DNA from: Vicugna vicugna
Taxonomy: Eukaryota
Assembly: GCA_013265495.1 (NCBI GenBank)
Contig: MU057487.1
Span: 992,001-1,056,000, forward strand
Reading direction: 5' to 3'
DNA length: 64,000 bases
Positions 1-12,275 of the stretch are shown piece by piece. The stretch's first letter is position 1; every line of letters begins with the position of its first letter. The notes beneath the pieces were generated by a model that saw only the letters and a list, made by a program, of their open reading frames with translations, was not told the origin of the DNA and did no database searches. The translations under genes were made by a program, and so were the position numbers.

Positions 1-472
1 TATATTTTCTTTTTCTTGAAATGAGAGTTTTGAAAATATTATCCCACCTGGAGGAATCTGGTAATTGGTAAAATGAAGGCTTGTCTGAGAAACAAAACAC
101 TGCTGCAAAGAATCTGATTTAGTATCATGACTTTTATTCATTTTTAATATAGAATTTCATGGCTCATCTAGAGGTAAGCCAGTCTATCATAAGAAATTGT
201 CTTTTTGTTCATTTTAGAAATGTCCCTGCTGTTACTGTGTATGTGCTTTTGAAAAATCAACAGTTTAGACAGAAGGGGGCTGGTGCTGTGTTCTCTCTCC
301 CCTCCTCCTATCCAAGTTCATTGTCTTTGCCTTAAAAGTCCCTCTCAGTTTTAACAAATCCTTTCTGCAGTCCATATTAACGAGTGTCATAGCTTAGCAA
401 CAATCATCATCTCATATTAAATTTATAGTTTGGCTAATGTGATGGAATGATCTACATGCCAGAATCTCTTAA

Positions 473-507
473 TTTCTTTTCCTTTCCTTTCCTTTCCTTT
501 CCTTTCC
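473..507. repeat. (TTTCC)n microsatellite / polypyrimidine tract
   Basis: Directly visible TTTCC pentamer run. Confidence 0.9.
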
Positions 508-2074
508 ACAACTGCAGACTGGAACCAAATGCTCAGTCAAATATCTTTCTTATGTAACTAATGGGAGGTGAGTGTTTTCCAGTTTCTCTTTTCTCGCTCA
601 CCCTTCTTCTCTGTCTCCCCCTGTATTTATAGAACCAACTTTAATTATAATTTACCAGTGTGCCGAGGGCACATCAGTGATTCTCCAGATGGCTCAAACC
701 GACCGGTGAAAGTACATTTCTTTTCACATTTGATCTTAGAATAGCCAGTACATTCCTAGCAAGCACTGACTAAGCAGTCGACCTGACTATTTGCAACTAG
801 TTTCTATTCACCTGCTTTCTGATAATGAACACTAATATTCCTTGATATTGTGAATCCCCTATGCATCTCTCTATTTTCTCCTATTAGATCTTCCTTTATG
901 CTTAATCTGTGGATCAGTAGGAAAGAAGCTTTTAATTAAAAAAAATATATTTCATTATTTAAACATCCTTTTCCTTCCAGCATATGTTACAGCTTCTGAA
1001 ATGAAGGTCTCAAACTTAATGTCGAAGAGTGCTGGCTATTTATTCTAAAAGCATTCTGAGAAAGTGAAAAGTGTATCTATAAATAAATGAAGAGAAAAGA
1101 AAGATGGGTAAGAGAAAGGTATTGTGTTTTATGTGTTCTTCCCTTTCCTCTGAACAAATTTGCTGCCAAAGTATTTAAAATAGTTACATAATACCAATTT
1201 GGTTACTGTAGCCAAGTACTCATACCATCAGTGCAGATTCTGCATTTCTTTAATTCCAAAATAATGGAAAGCAAGTGCTTCAGAATGATCCTAAGAACTG
1301 TAAATAAACCAGTGACAGCAAAGTGTTAATTAGAAATGGTAATGGGATATAAACATAATATATATACATATGTACATTGTAGGGAGAAATATATGATAAA
1401 GGATTTTTCATCCGCTGCATTTTCTGGCCTAAAACCAACTAAATATAACAGCATAATACATTTATTATAGGTGAAAATATTCTTTCAAAGTTTATGTGAG
1501 TTGCCATATGTTTCTATTGAGCCCAACTGGAAACATGGAAATGGAACTACTATTAAAATTCAAACAGAATTTTAGAATGTTAGGATGTTTATGTTTATAT
1601 GTAAGTAAACATACAAGTTTTAGTTTACAGTGCTATTCTGAACGTTCATGGTAATTGTACTCTACCATTTTCTATTCTATTCAATGTTACTCTACTTATT
1701 TTTCACCTGACATACCTACTGTGTCCAGTACTATGAACATGTACTAGAGGTGGGAGTAGGTAAGAAGGAAAAAACTAAAGGAACATTGAGAAAATTTTAG
1801 ACAGAGAGTGGCAAATGAATGGGGAGATGAAGCAACCTGGCACTTACAGTGATTATCTTGGTTTCTTTGCAGCATAGGTCACAGTTGGTAAAAATGGGAA
1901 ACAGAATGTAGATGGCTTTCTGTGCCATATTCTGGAACATGGATTTTGTCCCTTTTCTATACCTAAATTTGGATACATTTTGAGTAGATGAGCATCACAG
2001 ATTACTGAACTTCCTGAGACAGTCACAATAGCAGCAGTGCAAAGGGTGTCATGAAAGGGTGTGGAACTGCAGAC

Positions 2075-2720
2075 AAACATGTATTAGGAGGTCATTGCTA
2101 CAGTCGACGTGAGAGATGAGAAGACCCAAATCAAGACAAGAAAAGATGTAATTTACAAGACTTAGAAATGATTAGATACCAGAATTGAAAGAAAGATACA
2201 AGTCTAGGGTGACTCTTGGCTTTTTGACTAGAAAAACTTGGTGAATTTCTAAAATGAGGAATTCAGAAGGAAACGTGGGTTTGTGGAAGATGGTGAGGTC
2301 AGTTTGGACATGTTGTGAAGTACATGAGGCACATCTAAGTGAGCTGAGACACATAAGTTTTAAATTCAGGAGGGAGAGGCCTGAGATGGATAAAAAGATT
2401 TATTTGTCAGATTTGAGAGTCATCAGCATAGGTGACTGTTGAAATCCGAAGAGTAATGATCTTGCCCAGAGAGGCTCACTGGAGGAAAAAGTCCCAATAA
2501 CAGAGCCTTGGGGAACACAAACACTTAAGCTGCCATTGGAAGAAAAGAAATTAGAATAGGAGAATTTTTAAATAGGAAAGAGGACTACCAGAAGAGAGTC
2601 ATGATTCAGAGGAGCAGGGGGAAAAACAATTTCAAAATTAAATAAGATGAGGACTGAATGATAACATTGTCTTTGCTCATAATTATGTCATTGGTAAACT
2701 TTGCCAGAGCTAATTAGTAT
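2075..2720 (-). mobile_element. L2 LINE fragment
   Basis: Typical antisense L2 motifs: GAGGTCAGTTTGGACATGTTG, GATTTGAGAGTCATCAGCATAGGTG, CAGAGCCTTGGGGAACAC. Confidence 0.8.
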
Positions 2721-2949
2721 GGTAGATTGCAGAGGCTATGACCAGTAAAATTTAATATACACCAATTTTATCAATGGATCAAGTCATCACTTCTAAAAAT
2801 TACACAGAAATAACTTATTCAAAAGAACAGTTCATTTAAAAATGAAAAAGTATTTGCATTTGCAACATTAAAATTTATTTATACATTACATTTTCTAGAA
2901 GAAAATTCCTTCAAATTAAAAAAAAAATTCTGATTGAAATCATTGTATT

Positions 2950-4275
2950 TGGGTCATAATGGATCAACTGATCCTGGACTAGCTTTCCCGCTGCACACAA
3001 CAAGAAGACTAAACAAAATATATTAAATAATGTTTTCAGACATTAGACAACAAGCAGCATAAGGCAGTATCTCTAAGGGAAGGAAAACAAGAAAAAGGTG
3101 AGCTGTGTGATGACCCAGGTCTTCTGACAGTGGCAGAGGCAGGAGGAGGAATCCTGATCAGAGATCTCACTAATCAGAGTTTGGAGAGGTTGGCAGGACA
3201 GAATAATGGAGAGAAGGGAGTACACATAGTGAGGGCTCTAGAAAACTGCATGGGGCTATCCTTGAGACTTCGGTGTAACGCAAAGTTGTCCACGCCTCGG
3301 GACCCTTTATGAGGTTGAGATCACTACCAGGAAACTATAAATTCAACAACTATTGGAGCTTGCACAAAACTGGGCTACATTCAAGTTCCAACCAATCAGA
3401 GTGAAGAGACTTCAGTGCATACTCTGAATATTCAGTGGAGATTACAGAAAGGTTATGACTTAGAACAAGGCCTAACCCAGCTGGGCAGTAAGATTTGCTC
3501 TAGACCAGTGCTAACAAAGCCTAAAAACAAGCATTGAAAAGATGAAGCTGATTCCCAAGTAAGTGGATTTTTGACCCAAACAAACTCAGTACTATTTGAA
3601 GGAAGACAATAAAAGCCAGAATGTCAATAATTAAACATTTAAAATGTCTAGCATTTGATTAAAAAATTACTAGATGTGCAAAGTAACAGGGAAATACGAC
3701 CCATAACTATAAAAAATCAATCAATAGAAATAGGCCTCAAAATTACTGAAGTGATGGAATCAATAGGCAATTTTAATGGCTTTAAAAAAATACATTCAAA
3801 GATTTAAAGGCAATCATGAACAAGATGAGAAGAGAAACTGAAACTATAAAAAGTGAAATTCGTATCATTGAAAAATGTGTAACTGAAATTAAAAATTCAC
3901 TGGATGAGGTTAAAAGCAGATTAGGTGCTACAGAAGAAAAGATCACTGAACTTAAAAGCAGAACAATAGATAGACTCCAAATAGAAACACACTGCAAAAG
4001 GAGATTTATACCAATGACTTGGGTGCTTTAGATGAAATGGTCAAATTCCTTGAAAAACATAAATTGCCAAAGCTGACAAAATAGAAAATCTGAATCACTC
4101 TATATCTATCTAAAAAATTGAATCATCAATTTATAATCCTCTCACAAAAACAAAAGCAAGAAATCTAGCTATGGATGGCTTCACAAAATCTTGTCAAATG
4201 TTTTAAGAAAAATAATCCCAATCGTACATACATTCCTTAAGCAAACAGAAGACTAGGGAACACTTCTCAGCAATT
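2950..4275 (+). mobile_element. Old L1 (L1MC/L1MD-type): 5' region, ORF1 N-terminal coiled coil and an ORF2 fragment; internally deleted
   Basis: ORF 3816-4031 (…VTEIKNSLDEVKSRLGATEEKITELK…) is L1 ORF1p coiled-coil-like. From about 4005 the sequence switches to ORF2-like TAGATGAAATGGTCAAATTCCTTGAAAAACATAAATTGCCAAAGCTGAC…GGGAACACTTCTCA. Confidence 0.8.
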
Positions 4276-4379
4276 ACTTTATAAGAGAGTGAGAATCATT
4301 TCAATAGAGAGTTATACAAGTCCTTGTGAAAAAGAGATCTTTTCTGGATATTATGGCCAGGAGTGGAGCTACAGAGTGA

Positions 4380-4830
4380 GAGTTAAACTTATATTTAAAG
4401 GATTTCAATAGGAGGGGAAAGAGTCATTCTAATTTGGAGGAAGGACATAAAATGATATGAAGCCAGAAAATTTATGAGCGTGGAACAGTTAGTATACTTG
4501 GATGGTAACACTGGGTCCATTTCAGAGACTTTCAGGGCCGGGCTTAAAACACAGATCTTGTCATAACCATGGTGCACCTTCAGTTCAAGTGAACGAGTCT
4601 GAATTTTATTCCATAAGCAGTTGTTAAGTCATGAAAGTTTCCGAGCATGGCAGAGGCACAGTCAGACAGAGACTTTGAGATCTTGATCTCATAAAAGCTA
4701 TCTGGACCGGAGGGAAGAAACTTTAGTGACAGAGAAAATAGGAAAACCCCAGCGCAAGCAGTAGCCTGGTATGGTTCTTTGGGAATGGAAAGAAAGACAC
4801 AGTGCCCAGAGGAAGCCTCGGTAGATTCAA
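4380..4830 (-). mobile_element. Degenerate L2 fragment
   Basis: Antisense L2-like purine-rich motifs, e.g. GAGTCTGAATTTTATTCCATAAGCAGT. Confidence 0.5.
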
Positions 4831-5156
4831 AGGACAGCAGTCAAAAACCTAATCACATTTTCTAAATACTAAGATTAAAATTATCTAAGCTAGAGCAGAC
4901 CATAATTTCTAAGCTTAGGAAGAACCACATATAGGGTGGAATTTTACTAGTAAAACCTTACCTATATGAGAAGATAAATATCTCTATTTATGCCATGTTC
5001 TTGGTCTGCAAGGACCCAAATGTAGTCCCAAATATCTGTGCATAAAAATTATTTTTAGGTAAGAGACATGCAGCTGTCTCCCACAATTTTTAAACATGAA
5101 GCTAGGTTCAAGTACATTTATTATGGGAAGCAATTGACTTATGAAGACTTACGTAC

Positions 5157-5213
5157 ATTCACTAGATTTTCTTTTTTATTTGTTTTGTGTGTGTGTGTGA
5201 TTCACTAGATTTT
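5157..5213 (-). mobile_element. Poly(A)-only retroinsertion (29 bp) flanked by a 14-bp target-site duplication
   Basis: ATTCACTAGATTTT occurs at 5157-5170 and 5200-5213 around a T/TG-rich insert; on the minus strand the target reads TT|AAAA. Confidence 0.75.
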
Positions 5214-6354
5214 AATTGATTCTAAGAAGATAGCTTTATCTTCTAAATTTGAAAATGATCAATGCTGACTAAGTCAGATATATTTGATATTATCTATATT
5301 TTTATTCATTTGCTCTCAACATGAAATTTGACTAATGCATTCTTCTCTCCTCAATTAACCAAGGTTCATGTACACATATCTCTGAGGTAGCGTCTAATCC
5401 CCTGTGCTTCTCTAGTGAATGTTGTCAAGGGACTGAAGCAGACAAGAATTTGATATGTAGTAATTTTGCAGCAGGAAACAAACCACAGTAGAGAAAGCAG
5501 CAATTAATATTGTGAATTTGTTAACACCACAATAGATATAAAATAATTTTCATGACAACCAGCCTAAGGAAAGACTTGCTAGTTCCATGCTAGACTTCTT
5601 TATACAAAAATTAAAACAAACAAAAATTCCTTAATAAATGAATAGTTTAAGACATGCAGGATTATTTTGAACACTGTAAGAGTCTGTTCATTTGGCTGAA
5701 TACAGAAAATATTCACTCACACATTCGTCCATTTACTTAGCATGTGCTAAGCATTGTTCTCTCTTGAACACGGCAGTAATTTTAAGTGACTGAGATCCAG
5801 AGTCCGCCACAAAGAGAAGAACGTGTACTCATATGACTCCAGAAAAACGACTATAGGCAACACTGTGTGCAAAAGCTTCCCTTGAAACATATCCCCACGC
5901 TTGAAAACAATTATTTTCCAACATCGTGGAAACGAAAGAATGTTTAAAATCCTAAAGTTTCCATTTCACTATTCACATCAAGTCTTGTAAGTTTTAAATA
6001 TTTTCCTAGCCTGGTACAAACACCCTCTCCTGAAGAATTAACATTGCGCAAAGCTAGTGAGCATTTACTGTTCGACAGTAAGATTGTGGAAGAGCTGCCC
6101 CTTCCCTGGAAAAATTCACAGTCTAATGGCTGGAGATCTCCTATGTGCAACGCACTTTAAAATTTACCAAGAGATTTTTTTTTAAACCAACTGTTTTCCA
6201 CAACATATTATAAGTTCAGCAGGCAGGCCTTTCTATCTTTCTAGAGATAAACTGAAGCTCTAAGACTTTGTATTTGTACAGGTGGTAGGTGGTGGGTCCA
6301 AGATGTGCACATGAATCATCTAACTTCACACACACACACATCACATGCACACAT

Positions 6355-6600
6355 TAATGGCTTTATGGTTATACAGAGCCTATTACATGCCAGGTACATT
6401 TCTCACCACCTTGTGTGCATTAAATCAGTTAAATGTCAGGATAACCCTAGGAAGTAACTTCTATTATCCCCATTTTACACATGATAAAACTTTATACATG
6501 AAGCACAGAGAAGTGAAATAACTTGCCCAAGATGATACAACTAAAAAGTGATAGAGATTTAAACTGATGCAATCTGACTCCAGAGCTAGTGGTCCTATAA
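6355..6600 (-). mobile_element. MIR SINE
   Basis: CTATTATCCCCATTTTACACATGA…GAAGTGAAATAACTTGCCCAAG…CTGACTCCAGAGC is the MIR core in antisense. Confidence 0.85.
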
Positions 6601-7459
6601 TACATGAAGATATTTACAGGGGAAAGAGTCTAGCCAGGTACGATGTCTGATATAGATCTCAATAGTTACATTTTAAGGTAAATATTCACATTTATCATAC
6701 ATTATATATACAGAATATTTCAAATCATTGCCTGGTAACACTTCAGCGTGAATTGTTTAATTGGCTTAGCTGGTTGCTAGTTACATAGCTTGGCTATTAG
6801 AACTGGGTCCCAGGACAGAAACATTTTAAGGGGGATGAAAGTAGAATGATCAAAGCATGGAGAGCCTTCTAGAAGGTATGGCTGTATGGGGGCTTTTGCA
6901 GAGGAGCCTTTGGAAGCCAAGGAGGTGCTATAAAGGCACTGAATGCTTAGTCTGAGGCGGGAGAGGGAAAGGTCAATGGACATCTGACATGGAGTTCTCA
7001 GTACAGAACCGGAGGAGGACATGTCACTCAGGAATCTACTATCCTGAGGCCCATGTTCTAATAGAGGTGTGTGCATAGTTCAAAGCAGGGTCAGAGGAAG
7101 GCTGATTGGCTTTACCAGGATAGGGAGTGAGGTCAGAGAAAAGACATGTCTGAGGAGATGGCTCCTGAAGACTGGGTAGACCACCAGGCAGCAAAGGGAT
7201 GGTAGTAAGTGGCTACTGCAATGTTTTGATTTCCAAAGCATTTAGAAGTAGTTCAAAAGAGTAAAATGCTTGAAGCATTTTAAATAAGGACTAAAACATT
7301 TTACTATTAAAGATAAAATATTTTAAGAAATTATCAAAATAACTGATGAGACTCTTTTCTGCCACAAGTTTGAACTGATAACAAACCAACCACAAAGCAT
7401 CAAGTGTCATGAGAAACAGGCGGAGAGGGCCTCGCTGCAGGAAGTGGTGGGGAGAGTAG

Positions 7460-7680
7460 CATTTAATGAGCTCCTATTAGATGGTCGGTTTTGTTTTGTT
7501 TTGTTTGCTTACATCCTTTCACTGAGTTTTCAAAACAATCCAGTCAGGTGCCATAGCCAGTAACAGATGAGAAAACAGAGATCTAGAGAAGTATTTGTCA
7601 CCAGTAAGTGGTAAATCGAAAATCTGAGTCCAGACAAGTGTGTCTGATTCCAAAGTTCATGCTATTTAGTACAGGGTATT
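7460..7680 (-). mobile_element. MIR SINE
   Basis: ACAGATGAGAAAACAGAGATCTAGAGAAG…GTCTGATTCCAAAGTTCATGCT. Confidence 0.75.
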
Positions 7681-8824
7681 GTTTGCTTCAGTCACCCTGA
7701 CCTTTTCCCTCTAACTGCTTCAGGAAATACAGATATGACAGTTCCATTAAGGACCTAAAAGAGTTTCCTACAGCAAACCCACAGACCTTTGCTGAGGGTT
7801 GGCCAGTGGAACATTTGGGAGAAAAGAGTCAGGGGATTACCAACTGTCTCTTCCTCCTCCTGCGTTCTCTTAGTCCTGGTAAGCTCTGGTAAGATTTGGA
7901 GCAACGTGTTCATTTTCTTGCTGTATGTCTTCAGCTTTGGGGATCTGATAAGGGGAGGAGGACCAGGGATGACAAAGAAAAAGGGGCTACCTAGGACTTG
8001 GCTATGCATAAGGCTTTCAGGGTAAGGGGGAAAGATCTTGGGGTTTCTACATTGCCCAACTGAGTTCTCCAGGGCATAAAGTAAAGGTTTCAAAGCAAAA
8101 GCCCCAGGTAGGAAAAAGTCTGAATTCACTTGTATGAGCACCTAAGCACAACTGCAGGTGGCTGGATAATGCACAAGTCTCGTAGAGCCAAGGGTTCCAC
8201 AATGTACATCATCAGAGGGAGGGAGGTTTATGGCAGCAGAGATGCCTGCAGCAAGTCTTCCCAACTCTTCCTAGCCTCATAAAGAGAACTAGAGTAGCAG
8301 AAAGTTCAGGTCTTTGGAAAGGGGACCTACCCAGCTGGACAAATAGAGGGGAAGAAGGAAAAGTGTGCAGAGGACCCAGTGTTGAGTAGAGATCCAAGGA
8401 AGTGCAAATGACAAAGAAATTCACGAGAAGGATGCCAATCCCTAGGTCAAGGGTAGATTGCTTTTATTACCTCTTACCTAGGCTCTTACTCTCCTTTCTT
8501 CAGCATTCTCCTCTCTCCTCTTAACCAGGACCATGATTCTGTTCTGAAATCTTCAACACCTTTTATTGCTTATAGAATGAGCCCTGCTTCTCAGGCAGGG
8601 ATTTTGTATGCTCTACAATGTGGCACAACTTCTTTTTCCAACCTTATTAAATTGGTAAATGCCCCATTCCCTAAACATTTTCTGTTTTTCCCACCTGCAT
8701 GTTTTTTCTCTCCATATGACCTCTATCCAAATGCTCCTCTTTTTTATTTCTTACTCTCCTACTCTCTCTAAACCTTATGCACAGTGTGGAGCACACAAAA
8801 CTTGCCCCCTGGAACCTGCATTAG

Positions 8825-8945
8825 AGTTACATGTTTATATCTTATCTCCTTCATAGTTTGTAAATTCTTGAAGGCCAATAAAATGTCCATATAACTCATT
8901 ATTCCTTGTACATAATAGGCAGTCAATATATAACAGATAAATGAA
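8825..8945 (+). mobile_element. L2 3' end fragment
   Basis: TTGTAAATTCTTGAAGGC…CATAATAGGCAGTCAATATAT…ATAAATGAA tail. Confidence 0.6.
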
Positions 8946-9012
8946 GATATTAGAAAGAAATAATGACTATATGTATCTAAGATATTAGAAAGAAATAATG
9001 ACTATATTATCT
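8944..9012. repeat. 35-bp tandem duplication (2 copies, 1-bp indel)
   Basis: AAGATATTAGAAAGAAATAATGACTATAT(G)TATCT at 8944-8978 and 8979-9012. Confidence 0.9.
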
Positions 9013-9029
9013 AAAATGATATGAAAGAA

Positions 9030-9390
9030 TTATTTGCCAGCATCTAGTCCAATGCCTTCATGTTAGAGATGAGGAAACTAAATCCCAAGGAAGTTAATTA
9101 TCTTGATCTGCATAGTGACTAGCTGAGTCAGAGCCAGGACTAAGAGTCATAGCTAACCTCATTTGACTACCTACCACGCATCAGGCACAGCTATAAGACT
9201 TTACTTATTTCAACTTTTTTGACCTTTTAACAATACTATGAAATACTTAGTAACTCATTTGACAGATAGAATCACACAGAAAGACTGAGTAACACATACC
9301 AAGTCAAAGAGCTTTGTAAAAAGCAGAATCAAGATTTAACCACACTCAGACTGATTCCAGAGTACTCATGCTTAACCAGGACTCCACTCA
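9030..9390 (-). mobile_element. Two adjacent MIR/MIR3 fragments
   Basis: CATCTAGTCCAATGCCTTCATGTTAGAGATGAGGAAACT…, then a second core CTCATTTGACAGATAG…CTGATTCCAGAG…CATGCTTAACCA. Confidence 0.7.
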
Positions 9391-10459
9391 GCTGAACCTC
9401 CTGTTAATCTAGTCCTTGTTCTACTCTGCCATTCTATCTCCATTTGTTAGCTCAATGGGGCATAAAAATATTGGCTGACCCAGGTTCTTGCTATAAAATG
9501 AAAGGCTTAGAAAGATCACGCACAGGTAGGCAATCACTGGTATCACTAATAGAGTTACTATAAAAAATGAGGTTAGTTCAAGCTAACAAGGGATTCTATT
9601 TGAGAAATAAAGTGATTCTAGTTGAGAAGTGTGATCCTACTTAACAAATTCAGTCTTTTAGTCTCTGCTATGTAGTCTTCCCCATAGTACGTAATACACA
9701 GACTCACCTTTTGCCAAGACATGACCTTGACTATTTTATTGTTATCTAATTATAAGGGAAAAAATATACTATATTGGTAGTGCTTGTGGAGGGTTTTATG
9801 TTTTTGTTGTTGAGGATGATGGTGATAATTCCAAATGTTTTCTGTGTATGAATAAGTTTATTTTCTAGAGCTTCAGAAATGAACGCCTGTCTCAAGCAAG
9901 CCTATTTTGAATTGTTTTATGCTTAGTTTTCCCTGCTAATTAGATTCCAGTTTATAATTTATTACAGTTTTCCTTTTTCCCATTCACTGTATTTCTGTGT
10001 GAGCTATTTCCAGTTTAGAATTTTGAAATTTTCTCAAGGAAATATAAACGTTGCCTTTCTGTTAATTGTAAGAGCAACTGTGCCACAAGATAATTCTGGA
10101 AAAGCAATTAAACAGTGTTTCAATTTTCTCCAAAGTTGTACATTCATAGTTAAAATTCACAAGTCTTGGAGGTTACCCTATCCAGATCGAAACTCACTGG
10201 GAGCACCCACTTTACGGCATCTTCTTTGGATGGTAGCCTCTGCTATCCCAGTGTAGGGCAAGAGATTTTCCAAAAATACAAACTTGCTCCTGTTTCTCCA
10301 CTGACAGCCCTTCTGTGATCACTCATCATCCACCATCCTTAACAAGACTTACCTCTTCATGCTTGGACCCTTTCTACCCTCTAGCCTCGTCTCTTACCAC
10401 CTCCGGTCTTAGCAATCAACTCACCACCATGTTGTAATTTTTGCAACTGGCAATCTAGA

Positions 10460-11450
10460 GAAAAAAATCTAATACTTCTTCCTCATGACCATCTCTTAAA
10501 TACTTAAGTGCAGCTATGATGTATTACCAAAGTTTTCTATTTTCTAGGTTAATTTATCTAATTCTGGCTGTTCTTCAATAATTATACCCTAATGTGTCCA
10601 TGTCTTGCTAAAATCTGGAAAAAAACTGAACTCAGTATTTTGATATGGTTTATTCTGTTCAGAGAAGAGTGAGCTTTTACTTTCCTTGTTCTGGACGCTA
10701 AACTTTAATTTATGCAAAACAAAATTTCATCAGTCACATTCACTCAATTTGCCTTGGTCAACTAAAACCTTACATCCATTTTCATTAGATTAACATTCCC
10801 AAACCTGTATTTGCATTTATTGTTTTAAACACAAACATAGTAATTTATATGCATTGCTGTTGCATTGCATCTCATTAATGTTAACTCACTATTTTACCCT
10901 ATTGAGATGTCCATCTTTCAGAATCCTATGTTTACATCATTCAAAAATTGAATAAACTGGCTGTCTTTGTTGTCATTCAAATTATGGATAAAAAAGTCAA
11001 AAAGCACATACTCAGTTTGAGGGCAGTCAATATATTACTATGATTAAAGTCAAATTTCATCATCTCATTTGTGAAGAAATTTAGGGACTATAGCATACAT
11101 ACTTTACTTAAGAGTATTGAATCACATTACATATTCTTGGTGAATCCATGTTAGCTCTTTGTGATCCAAAATTATCTTCATAATCCTTTTTGAAAGTGTA
11201 TTAAGCATTGAAATCACATATATGATCCCAGAATATACTTTTTCCTCTTAGAAAACTTAAAGATGAAAAAGAAAGAAAAAGTCTGAGAAACCTCCTCTGC
11301 TTTCCATAAGGTTTTGAAGATAATTCATAATGTTTCCACAATCGTATCAGCAACTTCCTCATTATGAGAGAAATATGCTGTAATCATCTCCTCACCTAGA
11401 CTGTTATGTGATATTTTTCTTAACTACAGTGACTCTGCTCTTCCTAATGT
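10460..11450 (-). mobile_element. L3/CR1 LINE fragment (ancient)
   Basis: AACTGAACTCAGTATTTTGATATGG…CCTTGTTCTGGACGCTAAACTTTAATTTATGCA resembles antisense L3 ORF2; the right boundary is uncertain. Confidence 0.65.
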
Positions 11451-12149
11451 GAAAATTATTCCTCTTAATAGAGAAGATAGAAGTAAAACAGGAATTAGAT
11501 TTCTAAAGTTTGAATTGGTTCTAATGTAATTTTACCCATATTTTCCCAAATCACACTAAATGAGAGCTAAAGAATGCTTAAAATTATTGTTTTAAAAAAC
11601 ATTATTTTTCTAACTTAGTCCCCTCCAGCAAAATTTCAGAAAGCCATAGCTTGTCTTCCATCGGCTCAGCTCCAAATTCCCCCAGACTCATTAAAGAGGT
11701 CCTTATGAGTTTGCATGTGTGCTTCTGAATGTGTGATGGACCAATTCTTTGACTTTGAGTGGGCAGTGGTGATCCTTTGTCAAGGCCATTCCTGCTTTCA
11801 TGTCCTTCCTTCTCTTCTGCTGCCCCTGTCCATGATGTCACAGGACATGCCACCCCCAAAGCCTTGAGCTACCCTGCCATGGGCTGTGGGTCCACTGCCC
11901 AGGTCACCATGCTTTCTCCTGCTTACACTGATGTCACTTGTTGCTTCCTTGCTTTGTCTCCTTCGCACAGACAAGTCAATTTACTGAAGTGGAGGAATGT
12001 CTTTCATCTACAACGAGCTGTGTGTCAGTGTGCTGTGACTTCCTCCTTTTTCTGAAGTTCTAAGACAAATCCCGGTAGACGAGGGTGATGACAATCTGAG
12101 TGGTACATACCCAGGTGCACACCAAACTCTCCCTCCCTTTTGATAGAAA

Positions 12150-12275
12150 CTCATTATTTTTCAGCACACTCCTTGGGCCCAGATAATCCAAGATAATCTC
12201 CCCACCTCAAGGTCAGCTGGTTACCCAAGTTAATTCTGTCTGCAACTTGAATTCCCTTGCCATGCAACTCACAAG
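12150..12275 (-). mobile_element. MLT1 (ERVL-MaLR) LTR fragment
   Basis: TTGGGCCCAGATAATCCAAGATAATCTCCCACCTCAAGGTCAGCTG…TTCCCTTGCCATG. Confidence 0.75.

Noticed and set aside
7740..8460. Purine-rich block with several ORFs; possibly an ancient LTR
   Set aside because: I could not assign a family or termini, and the ORFs show no homology I recognise.
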